This document shows, in pieces, positions 11,554 to 22,500 of a stretch of DNA of 64,000 bases. The stretch lies in the sequence record OL960580. One strand, given 5' to 3'. Position 1 is the stretch's first letter; every line of letters starts with the position of its first letter. Both the position numbers and the translations under genes were made by a program. The DNA comes from Escherichia phage vB_EcoM_SA21RB. The notes below the pieces were generated by a model. It was not told where the DNA came from. It did no database searches and worked only from the letters and a program-made list of their open reading frames with translations.

Positions 11554-12684
11554 TTATGGATAGGTATAGATGATACCAGTTTCTAAAGCAGTTTTATGAA
11601 TGATGTATCCATTGCGCGATTCTTGAACATCAACTTCTGGATAGTCTTTCATCATCTTCTGAAGAGTGTAACGATGCAAGTAGTACTTACTATCTGGGTC
11701 GTCAGTTTTCCAATCTTTACCTTCTTCAGTCATTTTTTGGATTTCATCCATAACCCACCAACCGCACCAGATGTAAGCTGAAGTACGATGTGGAAGAGGA
11801 TGAACATAAGGCAATTCACCTTCTGGTTCCGGAGCAACTTTATCAGTTACCTGAACTTGACCTTCTGCTGTGATAGTTTTGCTATCATAATCAGTAGCGG
11901 TAACAGTTGCAGTAACTTCAATAGTTTGACTTCCAATAGATGATGTATCAACGGTGTATACATTAGTTGACCCTTCTACTGGAGAAGAATCTTTCTTCCA
12001 TGAATATTCAATTTGCGCTTCTTCTGGAGCATCAGTGACATTAGCAGTAAATGTAGCCGAAGCATCCTGCTGAACGTTAATAGAAGGAGGAGTCAATATA
12101 ACCTGTGGATTCATTGTCTTCTTATTAACTGTCAATGATACTTCATTAGAAGTAACTTCCTTTGCATCATAATCTGCCGCTGTTACTTGAGCTACGCATT
12201 TAATTCTTTTTACTCCACTTGTAGTTGGAGTATAGCTAAATGTAGCGGAAGTTGCTTCACTAACAGGAGAATCATCTACATGCCACTGATACGTAGCAGA
12301 TGCGCCTGATGGTTGAGAAGCTAAAGCAGCAGTAAATTCAACAGGAGTTCCAATCACTCCAGCAGCAGGACTATCAGGAGTTACAGCTAAGGTAGTTGTC
12401 TGTGTCTTATTTTGAACTGTGATAGTTGTAGTAGCTTCTGCTGTTTCAGCATCAGTATCTGGAACTGTGTTTGTTGCAACTACTTTAATAGTCTTTTGAC
12501 CAGCAGGTCCTTTTAATACATAATCAAAAGTTGCTGCTGATCCTTCTTGAGGAGCATTATCTACGCTCCAAGCATAGGTAATAGTTCCACCTCCAGTTTC
12601 ACCACTGGGTGTAGCAGTAAACTGCTGAGTCTGATCTATAACTCCAGTAGGTGTTTTAGGAGTTATATCAACTGTAAAAGCCAT
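11554..12684 (-). CDS. hoc: Hoc, outer capsid decoration protein with Ig-like domains
   Basis: 376-aa ORF, Thr/Val-rich repeated beta-rich segments; length and position of T4 Hoc. Confidence 0.9.
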   Translation of the reverse strand: MAFTVDITPKTPTGVIDQTQQFTATPSGETGGGTITYAWSVDNAPQEGSAATFDYVLKGPAGQKTIKVVATNTVPDTDAETAEATTTITVQNKTQTTTLAVTPDSPAAGVIGTPVEFTAALASQPSGASATYQWHVDDSPVSEATSATFSYTPTTSGVKRIKCVAQVTAADYDAKEVTSNEVSLTVNKKTMNPQVILTPPSINVQQDASATFTANVTDAPEEAQIEYSWKKDSSPVEGSTNVYTVDTSSIGSQTIEVTATVTATDYDSKTITAEGQVQVTDKVAPEPEGELPYVHPLPHRTSAYIWCGWWVMDEIQKMTEEGKDWKTDDPDSKYYLHRYTLQKMMKDYPEVDVQESRNGYIIHKTALETGIIYTYP

Positions 12685-12693
12685 AAGTTATCC

Positions 12694-13374
12694 TTATTTT
12701 AATGTCACGAAAGAAGAGTTGCGTGTTTCACGAATTAAAACTGATCCGTCACGGTTAATGTAATAGATTAAGCTAAATAAAGTTTGGTGTGCTGACGCGT
12801 GTTCAAAACTAGTTGGGTGAGATTTCCAATCCGGAGTTTCAGCAATCCATTGATAAATCCACCAAGGAACAGTACAGAATCCTGGATTTTTTCCAATCAG
12901 CTGAAGATTCGGACTAAAGTTTTCCGGAAGAGTAAATACAGACGGCTTTTCAGATTCAATAATCTCAGCTACGGCCTGCTCGAATTTTTCTTCAACAAAA
13001 GGAGTATCTTCAATCAAAACATCGGTATTTTCAGGAATTTTATCCTTTTCTACTACTTCAATTTTAATGTCAGATTTAACCGGAGAATCAATCAGAAGTG
13101 CTGCTTCTGGATTGACTTCTTCATCGTCATATTTTAATCCTTCTGCAGCATCAGCAGCATTAATTAAGTCTTTAATAGATAACCCATCAGTCTCTGGCAT
13201 AGGTTCACTAGCGAGCTTCTGGAGGGCTTCTTCAATATCAACAACGATATTATCAAAAGATTTATTCTTTTTGACCTTTATACCAAACTGTTCAGCATAT
13301 TCAGCTAATTTAGCTTTAGCTTCTTTATTATCATCAAGAGCCTTCAGCTCTGCAATATAATCTTTATCTATCAT
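12694..13374 (-). CDS. inh: Inh, inhibitor of prohead protease
   Basis: 226-aa ORF between hoc and uvsW as in T4. Confidence 0.8.
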   Translation of the reverse strand: MIDKDYIAELKALDDNKEAKAKLAEYAEQFGIKVKKNKSFDNIVVDIEEALQKLASEPMPETDGLSIKDLINAADAAEGLKYDDEEVNPEAALLIDSPVKSDIKIEVVEKDKIPENTDVLIEDTPFVEEKFEQAVAEIIESEKPSVFTLPENFSPNLQLIGKNPGFCTVPWWIYQWIAETPDWKSHPTSFEHASAHQTLFSLIYYINRDGSVLIRETRNSSFVTLK

Positions 13375-13387
13375 AATATTTCCTCAG

Positions 13388-13395
13388 TATAAATA
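13388..13395 (+). promoter_or_regulatory. Late promoter box TATAAATA upstream of uvsW
   Basis: Exact motif 30 nt upstream of the uvsW ATG. Confidence 0.45.
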
Positions 13396-13424
13396 TAGAT
13401 ATATTTATTACATGGTATTTAGAC

Positions 13425-14936
13425 ATGACTGACATTAAAGTACATTTTTATGATTTTAGTCACGTGAGAATTGATTGTGAAGAAAGTACATTTCATGAAC
13501 TCCGTGATTTCTTTAGCTTTGAAGCTGATGGGTATCGTTTTAATCCGAAGTACAAATATGGCCACTGGGATGGACGAATCCGTCTTTTAGATTATAATCG
13601 CCTTCTTCCATTTGGTTTAGTCGGGCAAATTAAAAAGTTCTGTGATAACTTTGGCTATAAAGCCTGGATTGACCCGCAGATTAACGAAAAAGAAGAATTA
13701 TCAAGAAAAGATTTTGATGAATGGCTTTCTAAATTAGAAATCTATTCAGGAAATAAAAGAATTGAACCGCACTGGTATCAAAAAGATGCAGTGTTCGAAG
13801 GATTAGTTAATCGTCGTAGAATTCTTAATCTTCCAACATCCGCAGGTAAATCCTTAATTCAAGCTTTGCTTGCACGTTATTATTTGGAAAATTATGAAGG
13901 TAAAATTCTTATCATTGTTCCAACAACTGCTCTGACAACTCAGATGGCTGATGACTTTGTTGACTATCGTTTATTCAGTCATGCAATGATAAAGAAAATC
14001 GGTGGTGGAGCATCAAAAGATGATAAATATAAAAATGATGCACCGGTCGTTGTTGGTACATGGCAAACTGTAGTAAAACAACCGAAAGAATGGTTCTCAC
14101 AGTTTGGAATGATGATGAATGATGAATGCCATCTTGCTACAGGAAAAAGTATTTCATCTATCATATCAGGTTTAAATAACTGTATGTTTAAATTTGGTTT
14201 GTCCGGTTCATTGCGCGATGGCAAAGCTAATATCATGCAGTATGTTGGAATGTTTGGTGAAATATTTAAGCCAGTAACGACTTCTAAATTAATGGAAGAT
14301 GGACAAGTAACTGAGCTAAAAATTAATAGTATTTTTCTTCGCTATCCTGATGAGTTCACTACTAAATTAAAGGGAAAAACTTACCAAGAAGAAATAAAAA
14401 TTATTACTGGGCTCAGTAAAAGAAATAAATGGATCGCTAAATTAGCTATTAAACTTGCACAAAAAGATGAAAACGCTTTTGTCATGTTTAAACACGTATC
14501 GCACGGTAAAGCTATTTTCGATTTAATTAAAAATGAATACGATAAAGTTTATTACGTATCAGGGGAAGTTGATACCGAAACCCGCAATATAATGAAAACC
14601 TTAGCTGAAAATGGTAAAGGAATAATTATAGTAGCTAGTTATGGTGTATTTTCTACTGGTATTTCAGTTAAAAATCTGCATCACGTTGTTTTAGCGCACG
14701 GTGTTAAATCTAAAATTATTGTATTGCAAACAATCGGTCGTGTATTACGTAAGCATGGTTCTAAGACAATAGCAACCGTCTGGGACCTCATAGATGATTG
14801 TGGCGTTAAGCCAAAATCTGCTAATACGAAAAAGAAATATGTTCATTTGAACTATCTTTTAAAACACGGCATTGATCGTATTCAGCGCTACGCAGATGAA
14901 AAATTTAATTACGTAATGAAAACAGTTAATTTATAA
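13425..14936 (+). CDS. uvsW: UvsW DNA/RNA helicase (SF2)
   Basis: 503-aa ORF with Walker A (PTSAGKS) and DECH box. Confidence 0.92.
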   Translation: MTDIKVHFYDFSHVRIDCEESTFHELRDFFSFEADGYRFNPKYKYGHWDGRIRLLDYNRLLPFGLVGQIKKFCDNFGYKAWIDPQINEKEELSRKDFDEWLSKLEIYSGNKRIEPHWYQKDAVFEGLVNRRRILNLPTSAGKSLIQALLARYYLENYEGKILIIVPTTALTTQMADDFVDYRLFSHAMIKKIGGGASKDDKYKNDAPVVVGTWQTVVKQPKEWFSQFGMMMNDECHLATGKSISSIISGLNNCMFKFGLSGSLRDGKANIMQYVGMFGEIFKPVTTSKLMEDGQVTELKINSIFLRYPDEFTTKLKGKTYQEEIKIITGLSKRNKWIAKLAIKLAQKDENAFVMFKHVSHGKAIFDLIKNEYDKVYYVSGEVDTETRNIMKTLAENGKGIIIVASYGVFSTGISVKNLHHVVLAHGVKSKIIVLQTIGRVLRKHGSKTIATVWDLIDDCGVKPKSANTKKKYVHLNYLLKHGIDRIQRYADEKFNYVMKTVNL

Positions 14937-14950
14937 GGGCTTCGGCCCTT
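14935..14950 (+). terminator. Stem-loop AAGGGC-UUCG-GCCCUU overlapping the uvsW stop
   Basis: 6-bp stem with UUCG tetraloop; weak U-run. Confidence 0.4.
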
Positions 14951-14961
14951 TGGAGAAAAAG

Positions 14962-15192
14962 ATGTTACTAGAATTTAAACAATTTCTTTATGAAGCTTCT
15001 ATTGATGAATTTATGGGTAAAATTGCCTCTTGCCAAACATTAGAAGGTCTAGAAGAACTTGAAGCTTATTATAAGAAAAGAGTTAAAGAAACTGAATTAA
15101 AAGATACTGATGACATCTCTGTGAGAGATGCTTTGGCAGGAAAAAGAGCTGAATTAGAAGATTCAGACGATGAAGTAGAAGAAAGCTTTTAA
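14962..15192 (+). CDS. uvsW.1: UvsW.1 small acidic protein
   Basis: Start moved to ATG 14962 with GGAG 6 nt upstream (track start is TTG); 76 aa. Confidence 0.8.
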   Translation: MLLEFKQFLYEASIDEFMGKIASCQTLEGLEELEAYYKKRVKETELKDTDDISVRDALAGKRAELEDSDDEVEESF

Positions 15193-15248
15193 ATTAAAAA
15201 AGGCCCAACCAAAAAAGGAAGGGCCAAAACTATAGACTAAAGGTCACA

Positions 15249-15416
15249 CTATAGCAAAAGTTGTGTTTCATTTAATTGTTCTTCCGAACTTTCTGAAACT
15301 GGTAGTTCTTTAATGTAATTATAACAAGGCCCAGGATGTACAGGACCTTTGTCTGTTTCAACAACCAATGCAGAATCGATTGGAGTTTTACAGACAACAC
15401 AAATCTTATCTGACAT
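15249..15416 (-). CDS. uvsY.-2: Small Cys-containing protein (T4 uvsY.-2 position), 55 aa
   Basis: Below the 60-aa track cutoff; ATG with strong SD GAGGAG; contains CVVC and a distal Cys. Confidence 0.55.
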   Translation of the reverse strand: MSDKICVVCKTPIDSALVVETDKGPVHPGPCYNYIKELPVSESSEEQLNETQLLL

Positions 15417-15446
15417 GATTGTCTCCTCTAAATTATATATATCTAT

Positions 15447-15671
15447 TTATATAACTCTCATATGCATATCAATGCCCATATCTTTAGAATAAAAATATTC
15501 ATCAAGATATCCGGCAAATTTTCCTTTAACATAAAGTACATCTTCACCGCATGGATGGTCGGCCAGGATACGAATATCCTGACGCTTGAGATTATACTTT
15601 TTCATTAAGAATTGAATTTCCGTTTCGAATTCTTCTTCATAATTAAAAGCATCATCAATGCTATATCTCAT
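15447..15671 (-). CDS. uvsY.-1: Hypothetical protein (T4 uvsY.-1 position)
   Basis: 74-aa ORF, start overlaps the uvsY stop. Confidence 0.7.
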   Translation of the reverse strand: MRYSIDDAFNYEEEFETEIQFLMKKYNLKRQDIRILADHPCGEDVLYVKGKFAGYLDEYFYSKDMGIDMHMRVI

Positions 15672-16084
15672 TATTTTCCAGCCTCAAATGCTCGCATGTC
15701 TTGAATATGCTTAATAGCAAATCCACGTGATTTTATAGCATCAAGAGCTCCGCTACAGAAATCTAATAAAATTCCCCAATATTGTAATGAAGTATCAACT
15801 TTTAAAACATCCTTATCAGCTGATAAAACTGTCTTCATTTCTGATTTCTCATAACGGTCCATACTAAATTCATCACCATCTCCTCGTCCCGAGTAGTAGT
15901 CTAATTTAGCTTTAAGAGCAACTTTTTTCTGTGCGTCAATTCTAAGCATTTCCTTTTTAATACTTGAATGCTTATTGAGCCATTTACTATATAACATCAC
16001 ATTATTAGCTGCTTCATACTGTAATTTAGTCGAATCTATAAACACATCTTTCTTCAATTCTTCTTGAAGATCTTCTAATTTCAT
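15671..16084 (-). CDS. uvsY: UvsY recombination mediator
   Basis: 137-aa ORF, length and position of T4 UvsY. Confidence 0.9.
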   Translation of the reverse strand: MKLEDLQEELKKDVFIDSTKLQYEAANNVMLYSKWLNKHSSIKKEMLRIDAQKKVALKAKLDYYSGRGDGDEFSMDRYEKSEMKTVLSADKDVLKVDTSLQYWGILLDFCSGALDAIKSRGFAIKHIQDMRAFEAGK

Positions 16085-16150
16085 ATTGTTCTCTATTCAA
16101 TTGTTATTGGATGGACTTAGATTCATTATACCACGTTTATACGTGAAGCA

Positions 16151-16549
16151 TTATACTCTGTTACTGGAAGCCAGTTGCAATTTTATCTGCTCAATATCAT
16201 CAGGGTTATCGATGACCGAAAAGCGTATTTCTACTATCAGAGTGTAATCATCATAAACTGGTATTACATTAACTGCTAATTTATCAATACGTGGCTCGTA
16301 GTTTCTTACTGCGCTTTCAATGTTACGCTCAACAGTATCAGCAGTAAGAGGAGTCATATTCTCAAAAAGCTGATCAGATAAATCACATCCAAATTCTGGG
16401 TCAAATGGTCTCGACCCTTTTCTGGTTGTAATAATTCCCAAAAGGCTATTTTTAATTGACCTTAATCCAAGGGATCTAGAAACATCTTTGTCCCAATCCA
16501 TTTTCATTTCTGGGTCAATGTCAGAATAAAGTTTATTGATATTTGCCAT
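16151..16549 (-). CDS. 25: Baseplate wedge protein gp25
   Basis: 132-aa ORF, length of T4 gp25; start overlaps gene 26 stop. Confidence 0.9.
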   Translation of the reverse strand: MANINKLYSDIDPEMKMDWDKDVSRSLGLRSIKNSLLGIITTRKGSRPFDPEFGCDLSDQLFENMTPLTADTVERNIESAVRNYEPRIDKLAVNVIPVYDDYTLIVEIRFSVIDNPDDIEQIKLQLASSNRV

Positions 16550-17175
16550 TACAATAGCTCAAAGAATTCTTTGAGTCCTCTTATTACATGAGCGTGAGAT
16601 TTTCCACACTCTGGACATTTAATTGGAACAGCCAAATAAACAGTAGGCTTTAAAAGCATATCTTTTATAGCTACAATATCTGACTCTGTGATGATAGAAT
16701 ATAAATCTTCCAACTCTTTTTCATTCAAGTCTTCAATTGGAATGCTTTCACCGTTAGCATGAATAGTTTCTATACATGATACTATCATGTGGGCTATATT
16801 TTTATCATCAAAAATTTTAGGGTAATGGAACTTAATTTTAATGTCACCCAGTGTATACCAGAGGTCTTCTGGCGCATCTATTTGCGTATGTAATAGATTT
16901 ATATGGGTTGGTATTTCAGTTCCACAGGTGCACTTCCAGGAGTTTTCGTGATTAACTTCTCCAAGAGAATGCGCCCATAAATGAATCAGCAGTAGTTCTG
17001 ATTCTTGGCGGTTTAAATCTTTTGCATTTGTGCATTCTTTGATTAGCTTTTTAACGATCTCTTCTACTGAACCGTTCTTTTTAGCAGTAATAAGTTCTAG
17101 ATATTCTTTAAGAGTAAATGCGCGACAATTGATTATTTTAGAACCAACTCTCACGTCAAATTTGTATTCATACAT
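16549..17175 (-). CDS. 26: Baseplate hub subunit gp26
   Basis: 208-aa ORF with SD AAGGAG; divergent from gene 51. Confidence 0.88.
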   Translation of the reverse strand: MYEYKFDVRVGSKIINCRAFTLKEYLELITAKKNGSVEEIVKKLIKECTNAKDLNRQESELLLIHLWAHSLGEVNHENSWKCTCGTEIPTHINLLHTQIDAPEDLWYTLGDIKIKFHYPKIFDDKNIAHMIVSCIETIHANGESIPIEDLNEKELEDLYSIITESDIVAIKDMLLKPTVYLAVPIKCPECGKSHAHVIRGLKEFFELL

Positions 17176-17196
17176 ATTTAGCTCCTTTATTTATCA

Positions 17197-17204
17197 TATT
17201 TATA
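17197..17204 (-). promoter_or_regulatory. Late promoter box TATAAATA (minus strand) for genes 26-25
   Basis: Reverse complement of plus TATTTATA, 22 nt upstream of the gene 26 ATG; overlaps the plus-strand box. Confidence 0.55.
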
Positions 17205-17208
17205 AATA
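17201..17208 (+). promoter_or_regulatory. Late promoter box TATAAATA for gene 51
   Basis: Exact motif 18 nt upstream of the gene 51 ATG; overlaps the divergent minus-strand box. Confidence 0.55.
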
Positions 17209-17225
17209 GAATAAAAGGAGCATCT

Positions 17226-17975
17226 ATGGCAAACATTATTCGTTGTAAATTACCAGATGGTGTTCATCGTTTTAAACCATTTACGGTAGAAGATTATCGA
17301 GATTTTTTGTTAGTTCGAAACGATATAGAACATCGGTCACCACAAGAACAAAAAGAAATAATTGCTGATTTAATTGCTGATTATTTTGGAGACTATCCGA
17401 AGACTTGGCAACCATTTATATTTTTGCAGGTATTTGTAGGGTCAATAGGTAAAACTAAAGTACCAGTCACATTCGTATGTCCAAAATGTAAAAAAGAAAA
17501 GACAGTTCCATTTGAAATATATCAAAAAGAATTAAAGGAACCTGTTTTTGATGTAGCTAATGTTAAAATTAAATTAAAGTTTCCTTCTGAGTTTTATGAA
17601 AATAAAGCAAAGATGATTACTGAAAATATTCATTCTGTTCAAGTAGATGAAATTTGGTATGATTGGAAGGAAATTAGCGAGTCCAGTCAAATAGAACTAG
17701 TTGACGCCATCGAGATAGAAACACTAGAAAAAATTCTCGATGCAATGAATCCTATTAATTTAACTCTACATATGTCATGCTGTAATAAGTACATTAAAAA
17801 ATACACTGATATAGTAAATGTGTTTAAGCTATTAGTTAACCCAGATGAAATATTTACTTTTTATCAAATCAATCACACGCTCGTAAAAAGTAATTATAGC
17901 TTAAATTCAATAATGAAAATGATTCCTGCCGAGCGCGGATTCGTATTAAAACTGATTGAGAAGGATAAACAATAA
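17226..17975 (+). CDS. 51: Baseplate hub assembly protein gp51
   Basis: 249-aa ORF with SD AAAGGAG; length of T4 gp51. Confidence 0.88.
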   Translation: MANIIRCKLPDGVHRFKPFTVEDYRDFLLVRNDIEHRSPQEQKEIIADLIADYFGDYPKTWQPFIFLQVFVGSIGKTKVPVTFVCPKCKKEKTVPFEIYQKELKEPVFDVANVKIKLKFPSEFYENKAKMITENIHSVQVDEIWYDWKEISESSQIELVDAIEIETLEKILDAMNPINLTLHMSCCNKYIKKYTDIVNVFKLLVNPDEIFTFYQINHTLVKSNYSLNSIMKMIPAERGFVLKLIEKDKQ

Positions 17976-19150
17976 TGAGTATGTTGCAACGCCCAGGATA
18001 TCCAAATCTCAGCGTTAAATTATTTGATAGCTACGACGCTTGGAGTAATAATAGATTTGTTGAATTAGCTGCTACTATTACCACATTAACTATGCGGGAT
18101 TCTCTTTATGGCCGAAATGAAGGAATGCTGCAGTTTTATGATTCTAAAAATATCCATACAAAAATGGATGGAAATGAAATAATTCAGATTTCTGTAGCTA
18201 ATGCAAACGATATTAATAATGTTAAAACACGAATTTATGGATGTAAGCATTTTTCCGTGTCAGTAGATTCAAAAGGTGATAACATCATTGCTATTGAATT
18301 GGGAACTATTCATTCAATAGAAAACCTTAAATTCGGTAGACCATTTTTCCCTGATGCAGGTGAATCTATAAAAGAAATGCTTGGCGTCATTTATCAAGAC
18401 CGCACATTATTAACTCCAGCAATAAATGCTATAAATGCTTATGTTCCTGATATTCCATGGACTAGTACATTTGAAAATTATTTGTCCTATGTAAGAGAAG
18501 TTGGTCTAGCTGTAGGAAGCGACAAATTTGTATTTGTGTGGCAAGACATCATGGGAGTTAACATGATGGACTATGATATGATGATAAATCAAGAACCGTA
18601 TCCAATGATTGTTGGTGAGCCATCTTTAATAGGTCAATTCATCCAAGAATTAAAATATCCATTAGCATATGATTTCGTTTGGTTGACTAAATCAAATCCT
18701 CACAAACGTGACCCAATGAAAAACGCTACTATCTATGCGCATTCATTTTTAGATTCTTCATTGCCAATGATTACTACAGGAAAGGGCGAAAACTCTATTG
18801 TAGTGTCAAGGTCAGGTGCTTATTCTGAAATGACTTATAGGAATGGCTATGAAGAAGCTATTCGTCTTCAGACTATGGCGCAATATGATGGCTATGCTAA
18901 ATGTTCTACTGTCGGTAATTTTAACTTGACTCCTGGCGTTAAAATTATTTTTAATGATAGTAAAAACCAATTTAAAACAGAATTTTACGTTGATGAAGTT
19001 ATCCATGAATTATCCAATAATAATTCAGTAACTCATCTATATATGTTCACTAATGCAACGAAACTGGAAACAATAGACCCAGTTAAGGTTAAAAATGAAT
19101 TTAAATCTGATACTACCACTGAAGAAAGTAGTTCTTCCAATAAGCAATAA
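17975..19150 (+). CDS. 27: Baseplate hub protein gp27
   Basis: 391-aa ORF, length of T4 gp27. Confidence 0.92.
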   Translation: MSMLQRPGYPNLSVKLFDSYDAWSNNRFVELAATITTLTMRDSLYGRNEGMLQFYDSKNIHTKMDGNEIIQISVANANDINNVKTRIYGCKHFSVSVDSKGDNIIAIELGTIHSIENLKFGRPFFPDAGESIKEMLGVIYQDRTLLTPAINAINAYVPDIPWTSTFENYLSYVREVGLAVGSDKFVFVWQDIMGVNMMDYDMMINQEPYPMIVGEPSLIGQFIQELKYPLAYDFVWLTKSNPHKRDPMKNATIYAHSFLDSSLPMITTGKGENSIVVSRSGAYSEMTYRNGYEEAIRLQTMAQYDGYAKCSTVGNFNLTPGVKIIFNDSKNQFKTEFYVDEVIHELSNNNSVTHLYMFTNATKLETIDPVKVKNEFKSDTTTEESSSSNKQ

Positions 19151-19628
19151 AGAAGTTTCTATTCCTAAAATGGGTCTTAAACATTATAACATTTTAAAAG
19201 ATGTTAAAGGTCCTGATGAAAATTTAAAACTTCTTATTGATTCTATTTGTCCGAATTTATCACCGGCAGAAGTTGATTTCGTTTCTATTCATTTATTGGA
19301 ATTTAATGGAAAGATTAAATCTCGTAAAGAAATAGATGGTTATACTTATGACATTAATGATGTTTATGTATGCCAAAGATTAGAATTTCAATACCAAGGA
19401 AATACATTTTATTTTAGACCTCCTGGAAAATTTGAACAATTTTTAACGGTGAGCGATATGTTATCTAAATGCTTGCTTAAGGTCAACGATGAAGTTAAAG
19501 AAATTAATTTTCTTGAGATGCCAGCATTCGTTTTAAAATGGGCAAATGATATTTTTACAACTTTAGCAATTCCTGGCCCTAATGGTCCAATAACTGGAAT
19601 TGGCAATATTATTGGATTATTTGAATGA
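19095..19628 (+). CDS. 28: Baseplate hub distal subunit gp28
   Basis: 177-aa ORF overlapping the 3' end of gene 27 in another frame, as in T4. Confidence 0.85.
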   Translation: MNLNLILPLKKVVLPISNKEVSIPKMGLKHYNILKDVKGPDENLKLLIDSICPNLSPAEVDFVSIHLLEFNGKIKSRKEIDGYTYDINDVYVCQRLEFQYQGNTFYFRPPGKFEQFLTVSDMLSKCLLKVNDEVKEINFLEMPAFVLKWANDIFTTLAIPGPNGPITGIGNIIGLFE

Positions 19629-21397
19629 AAAAGCCACAAGAAATGCAAACGATGCGTAGAAAAGTTATTTCAGATAATAAACCGACACAGGAAGCGGCTA
19701 AATCCGCTTCCAACACTTTATCTGGACTTAATGATATATCTACGAAATTGGATGATGCTCAAGCTGCTTCTGAATTAATTGCTCAAACTGTCGAAGAAAA
19801 ATCGAATGAAATAATTGGAGCAATTGACAATGTAGAAAGCGCAGTGAGTGATACTACTGCTGGTTCTGAGTTAATTGCTGAAACTGTCGAAATTGGCAAC
19901 AATATTAATAAAGAAATCGGTGAATCGCTCGGAAGCAAATTAGATAAATTAACAAGTTTACTAGAGCAAAAAATTCAGACAGCTGGAATTCAACAGACAG
20001 GAACCAGTTTAGCCACAGTTGAAAGCGCTATTCCTGTTAAAGTCGTTGAGGATGATACTGCTGAATCTGTGGGTCCTTTATTACCGGCTCCTGAAGCAGT
20101 TAATAACGATCCTGACGCTGATTTTTTCCCTACCCCTCAGCCAGTTGAACCTAAACAAGAATCGCCAGAAGAAAAACAGAAAAAAGACGCATTTAACTTA
20201 AAATTATCTCAAGCTTTAGATAAATTAACAAAGACTGTTGATTTCGGATTTAAGAAATCTATTTCAATTAGTGATAAAATATCAAGCATGTTATTTAAGT
20301 ACACCGTCAGTGCTGCTATTGAAGCTGCTAAAATGACTGCAATGATATTGGCTGTTGTTGTTGGAATAGACCTGTTGATGGTTCATTTTAAATACTGGTC
20401 AGATAAATTTTCAAAAGCCTGGGATTTATTTAATACTGACTTTACTAAATTCTCTAGCGAAACCGGAACTTGGGGTCCTTTATTACAGAGCATCTTTGAT
20501 TCTATTGATAAAATTAAACAACTTTGGGAAGCGGGAGATTGGGGTGGATTGACAGTAGCTATTGTTGAAGGGCTTGGAAAGGTTCTTTATAATTTAGGAG
20601 AACTTATTCAGCTTGGAATGGCTAAATTATCTGCAGCAATTCTTCGAGTCATTCCTGGTATGAAAGACACTGCAGATGAAGTAGAAGGAAGAGCACTAGA
20701 AAATTTCCAAAATTCTACTGGAGCATCTCTCAATAAAGAAGACCAAGAAAAAGTAGCAAATTATCAAGATAAACGAATGAATGGAGACCTTGGCCCAATA
20801 GCAGAAGGACTAGACAAAATCTCTAACTGGAAAACTCGTGCATCTAACTGGATTCGTGGTGTAGATAATAAAGAAGCACTGACTACTGACGAAGAACGTG
20901 CAGCAGAAGAAGAAAAATTAAAGCAGCTTTCACCTGAAGAAAGAAAAAATGCTTTAATGAAGGCCAATGAAGCTCGTGCCGCGATGATTCGTTTTGAAAA
21001 ATATGCTGATTCAGCTGATATGAGTAAAGACTCAACGGTTAAATCAGTTGAAGCTGCCTATGAAGACCTTAAAAAACGGATGGATGATCCGGATTTAAAT
21101 AATTCACCGGCAGTTAAAAAAGAACTTGCTGCTAGATTTTCTAAAATTGATGCTACTTATCAAGAGCTCAAGAAAAATCAGCCTAATGCCAAACCTGAAA
21201 CTTCGGCTAAATCACCGGAAGCGAAACAGGTTCAGGTGATTGAAAAGAACAAAGCACAGCAAGCTCCTGTTCAACAAGCATCTCCTTCAATCAATAATAC
21301 TAATAATGTTATTAAGAAAAATACTGTCGTTCATAATATGACACCCGTAACGAGTACGACTGCTCCTGGTGTATTTGATGCGACTGGAGTTAATTAA
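19625..21397 (+). CDS. 29: Baseplate hub / tail length determining protein gp29
   Basis: 590-aa ORF, length of T4 gp29. Confidence 0.9.
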   Translation: MKKPQEMQTMRRKVISDNKPTQEAAKSASNTLSGLNDISTKLDDAQAASELIAQTVEEKSNEIIGAIDNVESAVSDTTAGSELIAETVEIGNNINKEIGESLGSKLDKLTSLLEQKIQTAGIQQTGTSLATVESAIPVKVVEDDTAESVGPLLPAPEAVNNDPDADFFPTPQPVEPKQESPEEKQKKDAFNLKLSQALDKLTKTVDFGFKKSISISDKISSMLFKYTVSAAIEAAKMTAMILAVVVGIDLLMVHFKYWSDKFSKAWDLFNTDFTKFSSETGTWGPLLQSIFDSIDKIKQLWEAGDWGGLTVAIVEGLGKVLYNLGELIQLGMAKLSAAILRVIPGMKDTADEVEGRALENFQNSTGASLNKEDQEKVANYQDKRMNGDLGPIAEGLDKISNWKTRASNWIRGVDNKEALTTDEERAAEEEKLKQLSPEERKNALMKANEARAAMIRFEKYADSADMSKDSTVKSVEAAYEDLKKRMDDPDLNNSPAVKKELAARFSKIDATYQELKKNQPNAKPETSAKSPEAKQVQVIEKNKAQQAPVQQASPSINNTNNVIKKNTVVHNMTPVTSTTAPGVFDATGVN

Positions 21398-21405
21398 GGA
21401 ATAAT

Positions 21406-22500
21406 ATGGCAATTGTTAAAGAAATAACTGCTGATTTAATTAAAAAATCCGGTGAGACAATTTCAGCCGGACAAAGCACTAAATCAGAAGTAGGAATTAA
21501 AACATACACAGCCCAGTTTCCAACTGGGCGTGCTAGTGGTAATGACACTACAGGGGACTTCCAGGTAACAGATCTATATAAGAATGGATTATTATTTACT
21601 GCATACAATATGTCATCTAGGGATTCTGGAAGTCTTAGATCAATGAGATCTAACTACTCTTCTTCATCTTCGAGTATTTTACGTACAGCCAGAAACACTA
21701 TCAGTAATACAGTATCAAAACTGTCAAATGGATTAATATCAGATAATAATTCAGGAACAATAAGTAAAGCCCCTGTTGCAAATATTCTTTTACCGAGATC
21801 TAAATCTGATGTTGATACATCATCACACAGATTTAATGATGTTCAAGAAAGTCTTATCAGCAGAGGCGGAGGTACTGCTACTGGTGTGTTAAGTAATATT
21901 GCTTCAACTGCAGTATTTGGGGCACTGGAAAGTATAACACAGGGTATAATGGCTGATAATAATGAACAGATTTATACTACAGCCAGAAGTATGTATGGTG
22001 GAGCTGAGAATAGAACTAAAGTGTTTACATGGGATTTGACTCCACGTTCAACAGAAGATTTAATGGCTATTATCAATATCTATCAATATTTTAACTATTT
22101 TTCTTATGGTGAAACAGGTAAATCTCAATATGCTGCTGAAATAAAGGGGTATTTAGATGATTGGTATCGTTCTACATTAATTGAACCTTTATCTCCGGAA
22201 GACGCAGCTAAAAATAAAACACTATTTGAGAAAATGACATCGAGTTTAACTAACGTTCTAGTAGTTTCAAACCCGACAATTTGGATGGTGAAAAACTTTG
22301 GTGCAACATCTAAGTTTGATGGAAAAACGGAAATATTCGGTCCATGCCAAATACAGAGCATCAGATTTGATAAAACGCCTAATGGTAACTTTAACGGATT
22401 AGCTATTGCTCCAAACCTCCCTAGTACATTTACTCTTGAGATTACTATGAGAGAAATTATCACGTTAAACCGTGCTTCTTTATATGCGGGGACTTTTTAA
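21406..22500 (+). CDS. 48: Baseplate tail tube cap gp48
   Basis: 364-aa ORF with SD AAGGA. Confidence 0.9.
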   Translation: MAIVKEITADLIKKSGETISAGQSTKSEVGIKTYTAQFPTGRASGNDTTGDFQVTDLYKNGLLFTAYNMSSRDSGSLRSMRSNYSSSSSSILRTARNTISNTVSKLSNGLISDNNSGTISKAPVANILLPRSKSDVDTSSHRFNDVQESLISRGGGTATGVLSNIASTAVFGALESITQGIMADNNEQIYTTARSMYGGAENRTKVFTWDLTPRSTEDLMAIINIYQYFNYFSYGETGKSQYAAEIKGYLDDWYRSTLIEPLSPEDAAKNKTLFEKMTSSLTNVLVVSNPTIWMVKNFGATSKFDGKTEIFGPCQIQSIRFDKTPNGNFNGLAIAPNLPSTFTLEITMREIITLNRASLYAGTF

